Origin: Magallana gigas
Taxonomy: Eukaryota
Direction of reading: 5' to 3'
DNA length: 64,000 nucleotides
NCBI RefSeq assembly: GCF_963853765.1
Contig: NC_088855.1
Span: 54,560,001-54,624,000, forward strand
The first letter of the stretch is position 1. Each line of letters opens with the position of its first letter. This document shows, piece after piece, positions 57,095 to 64,000 of the stretch. The notes under the pieces were generated by a model. That model was given only the letters and a program-made list of their open reading frames with translations. It made no database searches and was not told where the DNA came from. Both the position numbers and the translations under genes were made by a program.

Positions 57095-58122
57095 CAAAGT
57101 ACTGAAAGTACTGATAGACGGATGCATCATTTCGGAGGAAATTAAACTCATGAAAATTTATATGATTTTTTTTTATTTAAGGAAAAACAGCGCGCATACC
57201 ACTTATCATGTTGGAATATTCGCGAAGCGGTTTAGTATTATGGCAATTTAAGGTCGCGAGGATATTTTTCAGGTTGACATCAGAGTTAGGTAGATAATAT
57301 TAAAATAATAAGTGTTGTTCTCTTATTTAAACCTTATAAGCTTGTTATATTACTACTTAAAAGTGTTTATTCTTTACAAAAAAGGAAGGAGGAAATTATT
57401 TTGCATCACAAAACAACATGGGAAACTGTACATTTATTAAATGCATACAACTCGAACTTGAAAAATAAAATGCAAACTATTTATGTACACATTTCTTTTC
57501 TTGTGTATATTTAACTCAAAAGTTATATTTTGACTTCCAGGTCGATATTATTTCCTGTGTATAGTGATTTGCAAACCCAAGGTAGAAAACGCCATATCCT
57601 AGAGGTTTCCACACCTGTTCAAGACAAAAGATAACCTCTAAATTTTAAATAACAAAAGTAAAGCACCGTTTTGATCGAATTGATTGAAGCTTAGATGTTG
57701 AAGGACCGATTACGAAAGACTGAGAAGATCGCAAAATACAAAAAATGTAATTCAACGGAAGAGTCCAGCTGAAGTGACAGTTAAATAAATCCAAGATGGA
57801 GGCGGTGTGTACCTTGTGTCTTATTAGGAATATAAGGTATATATTTTTTTAATATGAGAAAAATAGATAACATCAGGTGTCTGTGCAATAAAAATAAAAT
57901 GATGTAAATTATAAGCCAATATTTAGTACTAATATGCTTTCTGTTAGTTTGTCAGTATGTTTTAATGCTTGTCTATTTTCGCACAGCATATAAAGGATGT
58001 ATAAAAGGTAAGCATACTTTGCCGAGATAGTGCACGCATTGTGTTCGATAGCTGTAAGTGGAACTCGTAATGACGACCCTGCAGGTTGGTAGTCCTATTT
58101 GCGCTAGATCATATTTTAATAT

Positions 58123-58959
58123 TTAAGGGTGTTGTTCTAAACACAAAAAATGTATTTATGAAATGAATTATTATTGACATAACATTCGATATTTCTACTA
58201 TATTTTGGAATTAGGCTCAAACAAAAATAGACTTTTAGCCAAACAGAGGAAATTCGGACTAAATTTTGCAGATTTTGTTTTCCGCTAAAACATTTTTGGC
58301 GGTACTCTAGTATAATAAGTTAAGATTTTATATTTTAGTCTTTATAATTTTGCATATTTTCTGTTGGTTTTACTTCACTTATTCATTAAAATAATTGTAT
58401 GGCACAAATTACAAAAATATTGAAAAATGCTTAAAAGCGATAAAAGACACCATATCTCAAAATTTTGATCATTGACCTCATTAAAAATTTTATGCCAACA
58501 GAATAAGGTCAATATAAGTAGTTTAATACTATAGATGTTTTTGTATTAGCATAATTCAATTTTGTGTAAAATTGGATCAAATATGGGTAGGGATTTGACA
58601 ACTGATAGAGGAAATTCGGACTGGAATATTTTAAAAATTGTCGCTGAAATTTTAATGCTTTGTATCTATTTTGTGCCAATACCATTTATAAACTGTATTT
58701 CATTTTTTAAAGTGTTTAAATATTTGTAGTATTTACACAGTTAAGAAAATCTCAATCGTAGTGTAAAATTTTATGGGGTTTATTTTTGGATTTTTCAAAA
58801 TACATTCAATGGCCATTTACTCAAAAAGTAGGTCATTGACCTACTTTTATTGAAAGAGAAAAATAACACTACAATCAAAGATCTATAACATACAATAGAT
58901 GTCTTTTCATTATCATCAGTGGAATTTTTTTTTTCATTTTGAGTAAACGTCATCCTTAA
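58123..58959. mobile_element. ~830-bp dispersed element, copy B (upstream of CYP4 copy 2)
   Basis: Colinear with 42090-42924; termini ttaagggtg / catccttaa. Confidence 0.8.
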
Positions 58960-60358
58960 GGCAATTTAAAAAATGGATGATAATAAGATGTTGTCATATA
59001 CCTTGGCAAAAAACAATTTTTAGATTTTTTTTTCTAAAAAAAGTGTCAGTATATATAGGAGGATTTCAAAGAGAACGTTCATAATAAACTTTTAAACACA
59101 TTGAATCACATCTTGTAAGGAACTGTTTTCATGGAGTTATAAAACGCGTAAGAAAGATTTTTATAACGTCTTCTTAATAACTCGAGTTACCTTGGAAATG
59201 TCAATATTGTAAGTTTTTGTAATTTTTGATTGAATATTGTAGACAATCAACTGAACGTTTTAAAATAGTAAATATTTTGCTTCTCTTGAATTTGTTGTTT
59301 AAGTCTAGACAGTATTCAAACCTCATATCCACTTATCAAGGCATACCACAGTCAACATAATAATAAGAATAGCACTGTGTTTAGCTTGTATTATGCCTGG
59401 ATATAGTAGGTAGGGTTTGATACACATATACTAACAGTGCATTCACCTCTTACTGTATATTAAATAGTGAGGACTATATCTTCACATTATTTCATTACAC
59501 CCGGCAGGACGAATTAATTTTTACGTATACTGCTATAAACAACATGTATATTGCTTTCTGGTCGTAGTCAACATTAACCTGTGGTCACTGCTATATTTAT
59601 AACGCAAAGTAAACATTCAGAACTAAATTGTGTTCAACGGAAGCTAATATTGATAGATCTTATTTACAAATCTGTGAATGGAATTAATAGTCATTTGCGT
59701 ACGAATCTTGCATCAATTTCAAACTGCATACACAAACTGTCTTTGGAGTTCTGTAGAGAAACCTTTAAGTTGCACTGAGCCCGTTTTAAACAATGCAATG
59801 GTTCCTGTAGAGAACAAGATCCCTTTCCATTAGCTTTTGTACGCGTGACAAGTTTGTCTTTACGGACGTTGGAGAATGAAACAATTGGTTGTCATCAGAT
59901 TAACCCCATACATTAGAAGATAAACTTTCAGTTTGTAAACATCCAAACATCAATAGGTCTTAACTCTAGACCATCTTCTATCGAAAAAGTTAAGAAATTG
60001 ATATGTCGAGTTTTTTTTTAATGTTAGCAAATCATTGATTTGAACCAATCATAGACACATCATTCCAGCAATTGACTTTATTTATTTTTGCACATACATA
60101 TAACCAATGTGATGTGTATTCATTTAGAAATTAGTTCAGACATTCATCAGAACAAAGTTTGTCTCTGTAATCTGTTGACGGATTCATTGAAATGCTCAAT
60201 TCACAGAGGAACAGAGAGAAAGGACATGAAAAACTTATTTTTAGTAGAATTGGATACCATTACCATCCCTGATGAATCATTCTCAAACCATGAACAAGCT
60301 AACACCTAGAATTGTGGATTTTTTTTTTTGCTACTAATTCCTCAAACTTTTGATTCAA

Positions 60359-61345
60359 AGAGACAGTGCAGCTGAAAACTTCAAATGTATCCATTGTATG
60401 GTTAGGAAATAAGACAAAATGCGTATTGCGACAGCTAAAGTACACACAAGTCCTTTTCTTATACCTAATTAATGTTATTATGAGCTTCCGGAAATTTTAT
60501 GCAAGGTAGCCGTACGAACTTGAACGCAACCCTGGAATGTTTTACCTAGGCGTCCTTGGCACCCCCTTCCCCCTTTTTCTAAAATTTGATATAAATATAA
60601 CGCATTGTACGATCTGTTGAGATGTGAACTAGACTTCATTAAGTCAATTATAAACCTAAAAATATACCACAAAAGCGACACACGAGGCTGTCTAGCCGAT
60701 ACTTATTTTAATTGGTAGCGACTCCTTTTTGTATAAAATTCTAACATCCGGTGATGTTAAAATACATTCGAGGTGTTTTCCGAGCCTGCTACGGTCATCA
60801 TGGAACACGAGGTAAAAGGGACTCTCTAAACGGAACACATCATCACTTTCTCGATAATTTGCGTATGTTTACTAATTTCTTAAATTAAACTGACATATGT
60901 CAAATAACCTTCAAGGGGCCTCACTTACAAAATGAATTTAGGTTGTAGTAACTCCTGTGGTAAAAACGCCAAATACATGCTTACAAAATAGTAATTCTGG
61001 TTATTTTATAAACCTTGAACAATTATTAACTAGAAGAAGTAGAAAAGACACATTTCTATCAACAAGCCTGTCCAAGAGAATCTTGCCGAGCCTGTCCAAG
61101 AGAATCTTGCCGAGCCCTGCATATGTCTATAGAAAATACCGTTAATAGGTATAGAAGGCGGAACCCCGTGACATGTTGCAATGTATATATCAATGGGTTA
61201 CTCATAATTATTAATTCTAATGATTTTATTAGATTGATTTCATTTGTAATTTGTAATTTGCCGAAAATTTATACATTTAAAAGAAGCACAGAAACCCGAT
61301 CGAAAATTTTTTCAATAATTTAATAAGATGCGCCGCACTGTCTCT
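60359..61345. mobile_element. Putative TTAA-associated MITE
   Basis: agagacagtgc at 60359 and gcactgtctct|ttaa at 61335-61349; internal 24-bp tandem duplication at 61065-61112. Confidence 0.45.
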
Positions 61346-61560
61346 TTAAACAATGAAATTGAAGTATACACAGTTGTTTAGTGGAATAGAATCGTGTTTA
61401 CTAAATCATTTCCGAACATCTGTTGTTTGCAAGTTGAACTCTTTTCTGTAAAACGCGAAAAATATAGAAGTTCTGTATTAAGGGTTTTATACATTTATAA
61501 CAAACAGTTTCCCGCTAGAACATGCAACACTAGGCTCAGTTGGAATAAGGGCAATGGTTC

Positions 61561-63980
61561 CTACGCCCTCTCTTCTAAATTGATCTTGATGCCGAACTGT
61601 GAGCGCATAACTACATCCGGGTACTCCTCATACACGTGTCCTTCCACTAAACTCACCTTAAATCTGAAAATACGTAATTGGCAAAGCATTACTTTTTTTA
61701 TCATTTTGGGTAGTTAATAAATTGACAGAGTTGATGTTAAACTATATTTTTCTACTACTTCGTTTTTAACTACCTTAACAAGTTTTCAGCTGTCCATTTT
61801 GTGGGATTTAAAAAAATATGTCTTTCAGTAACACAGGTAACTGAAATATAATTGTTTACCTTTTCACCAAAGAACCAATCAGGACTTTCTGCTCATTAAG
61901 GGCAAAGTTTTGACCTATGCAGTTTCTAAAAAATAACATTAAAAAAATTACCCACAAAGAATTGGCTTGCATTATTACTACATGTAGTTGTATATATTTT
62001 TCATTATAGCCTTCATCACAAACATTACCTAGATCCTGCAGAGAAAGGAAAATAACTGTAAGGATCACGTGACAATTTAGCCTCATCTTCAAATCTCTCA
62101 GGCTTAAATTCCTTAAATAGAAAATAATAATAAAAAACATTTTAAACTTCTAGAAAACTAAGTCCTTCCTTTGTAACGATTGTGCAGTTTTCTCTCGCAC
62201 GTATTTTTATTAACACTTAAAGAAAATGTCTGAAAAAATATTAACGTAATGATAAGATTTTGACATGCCTAAATATATTTTCAGCATTCAGATACTTAGA
62301 CTATTATATGAATATGGATGATGAGATACAAACCTTGTGGTCAGGCCAGACATCTGGGTGATGATTGACCGCATGGACGACGATGTCCACCGTGAAGTTG
62401 GCGGGAATCTCGACGCCCTCGATGTTGAGGGGTTTTGTGAGATGACGAGCTATAGCGGGTACTGGGGCATGCATCCTCATCACTTCTCGCAGAAACATCG
62501 ACATGTATCGCAGCCGACTCATATCCTCCCTGTAACAACGATACCAGGTACCTTGATAAACCAAACTGTTCAAAAACGTAAATAGGAATCCGATATCATT
62601 CTATTATATCTACGTACCATTGTAGCTTTTGACGATCACCCAGAACTTGCATAAGCTCTTGATAAACTTTTTCTTGCAGATCTTGATATTTCCCTAAAGA
62701 GTATATGGCCCAGCAAATGGCAGAAGCTGTTGTGTCGTGGCCTAAAATTCACATCCTAAAGCTAAATTAGAGTTGCTCCGGAATGAAAAATTTAATATTT
62801 ATCCTTATTAAGAACAAGTTATTGCATCACAGCACATATGAGAGTGAACGGGAACTATGAAGCAACACTTAAAACAACAATGCGAATTTCTATTCGATTA
62901 GATTAGTTCTTAACCAATGATAATTGATGTCTTTGACAATAATTAAAAGAGTTTGAGCTATTAGAATATTTGCTTTTGTACAATAAAAATATGATCGCAT
63001 TGTTGTTAGTATGGTAGTATTTTGTCATAAAATAATTTTTATTTTTTTTCAATAAAATTGAAATCAAACAACGACCTTCAAACAGAAAGGTATCGACCTC
63101 AGCCCGGATTTCCTCGGCTGTCAGACCTTTGCCGTTTTCGTCTCTAGCTGTGATAAGAATGTCCAAGAAATCTTTTCGGCGTTTGTTCAGTATATCTGGA
63201 TCATCTCTCTATATGTAACAAACGAAATATAAAGCAAACGTTTGTCTAACGAAATTTGTCATAAATAGTTGTGTAATAAAAAGTTTGAACTCAAATTCTT
63301 ACAAGTGCTGTTCTCCTGGACTGAATAATTTCATCAGCGAAATTGTGAACATACTTTGTCAGTCTTTTATTCTCTCTGCCATTGGCCGTTAAACCATATA
63401 TAAAGTCAGGATGCACCCACGGTGATCTACAATCAAAGGGTTTGTAGAGCATTAACGTCTGGTTTTACCAACTTTTCATATCACAGTGATGAAATGATAC
63501 GGATATGATGCATGATAAAACAGTGGAAATATTTATAAGAATAAAACCACATTTTTTGTCATTAAAGATATGAGACTACGAGTATAATACAGTGGAGAAA
63601 ATAGAATTCACATATGATATTACCATAATGAAAATATGGTTCATGTATAATTTGAAGACCCCTGTTAAGATAATTGATTTCAAGATTTTTTTAATTTTCT
63701 TACATCATCCGTTTGATGGCTAAATCCACCAACCTATGGACGGCATCAACGTAAGGATTGCTGTCTCTGTAAGCCACAAAACATCAAAAACGAATCAAAG
63801 TTATACAAAGAAACTATAGAAGCAGTGAGTACGTTAGCCGTGATCTAAGGCTTACCCCAGCTCCTGCACCTGACCGTGGTAAGACAGAGAACACCTCAAC
63901 ATGGTGTCAAGCGTTGCCAGGGACACCAGTTTGTCAATTTCCACGCTTTGTCGTGACTTGCAGAATTTCTGTAGTTTTCC
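61561..63980 (-). CDS. CYP4: Cytochrome P450 family 4 (CYP4F-like), copy 3, exons 4-12 (5' part beyond the window)
   Basis: Exons 63980-63856, 63766-63704, 63426-63303, 63208-63076, 62741-62618, 62529-62334, 62111-62029, 61925-61860, 61663-61561. Same phases as copies 1 and 2; contains [20 protein letters not shown] and PFSAGSRNCIG; more divergent than copies 1 and 2. Confidence 0.93.
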
Positions 63981-64000
63981 CTGAGAAGCACAAGTATGTA

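Noticed and set aside
61065-61112. 24-bp tandem duplication
   Set aside because: Not at a splice site; recorded as background showing that local duplications also occur away from junctions.

Overview
AT-rich eukaryotic genomic DNA, most likely an oyster or related bivalve; this is inferred from Cg170/HindIII-like satellite monomers, HINE-type repeats and a shell-matrix-type gene. I built exon chains by hand using GT-AG junctions and phase checks. Genes, left to right: RUSF1/C16orf58 (-, 12 exons, last exon tentative); an intronless CCDC152-like coiled-coil ORF (+); a secreted VWA + 2x chitin-binding (CBM14) protein of the Pif/VWA-CB class (-, 356 aa); a cytosolic sulfotransferase (+, 298 aa); PES1 (-, 17 exons, 588 aa) head-to-head with an intronless MRPL12 (+); and a tandem CYP4 cluster (-) made of two complete 498-aa genes, a relic exon and a third gene cut by the window edge. 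Introns and intergenic DNA hold many MITEs, Helentron-type HINEs, a Crypton-like relic and long palindromes. The most striking pattern is that 5 of the 7 intron-containing genes carry a tandem duplication or minisatellite whose unit spans an exon-intron junction, so the splice site itself is repeated. These are the RUSF1 donor (39 bp, 6 sites), the SULT acceptor (~34 bp, ~7 units), the PES1 acceptor (55 bp x2), the first CYP4 donor (~43 bp, ~10 units) and the second CYP4 donor (22 bp x2). All identifications are by eye, with no database searches.
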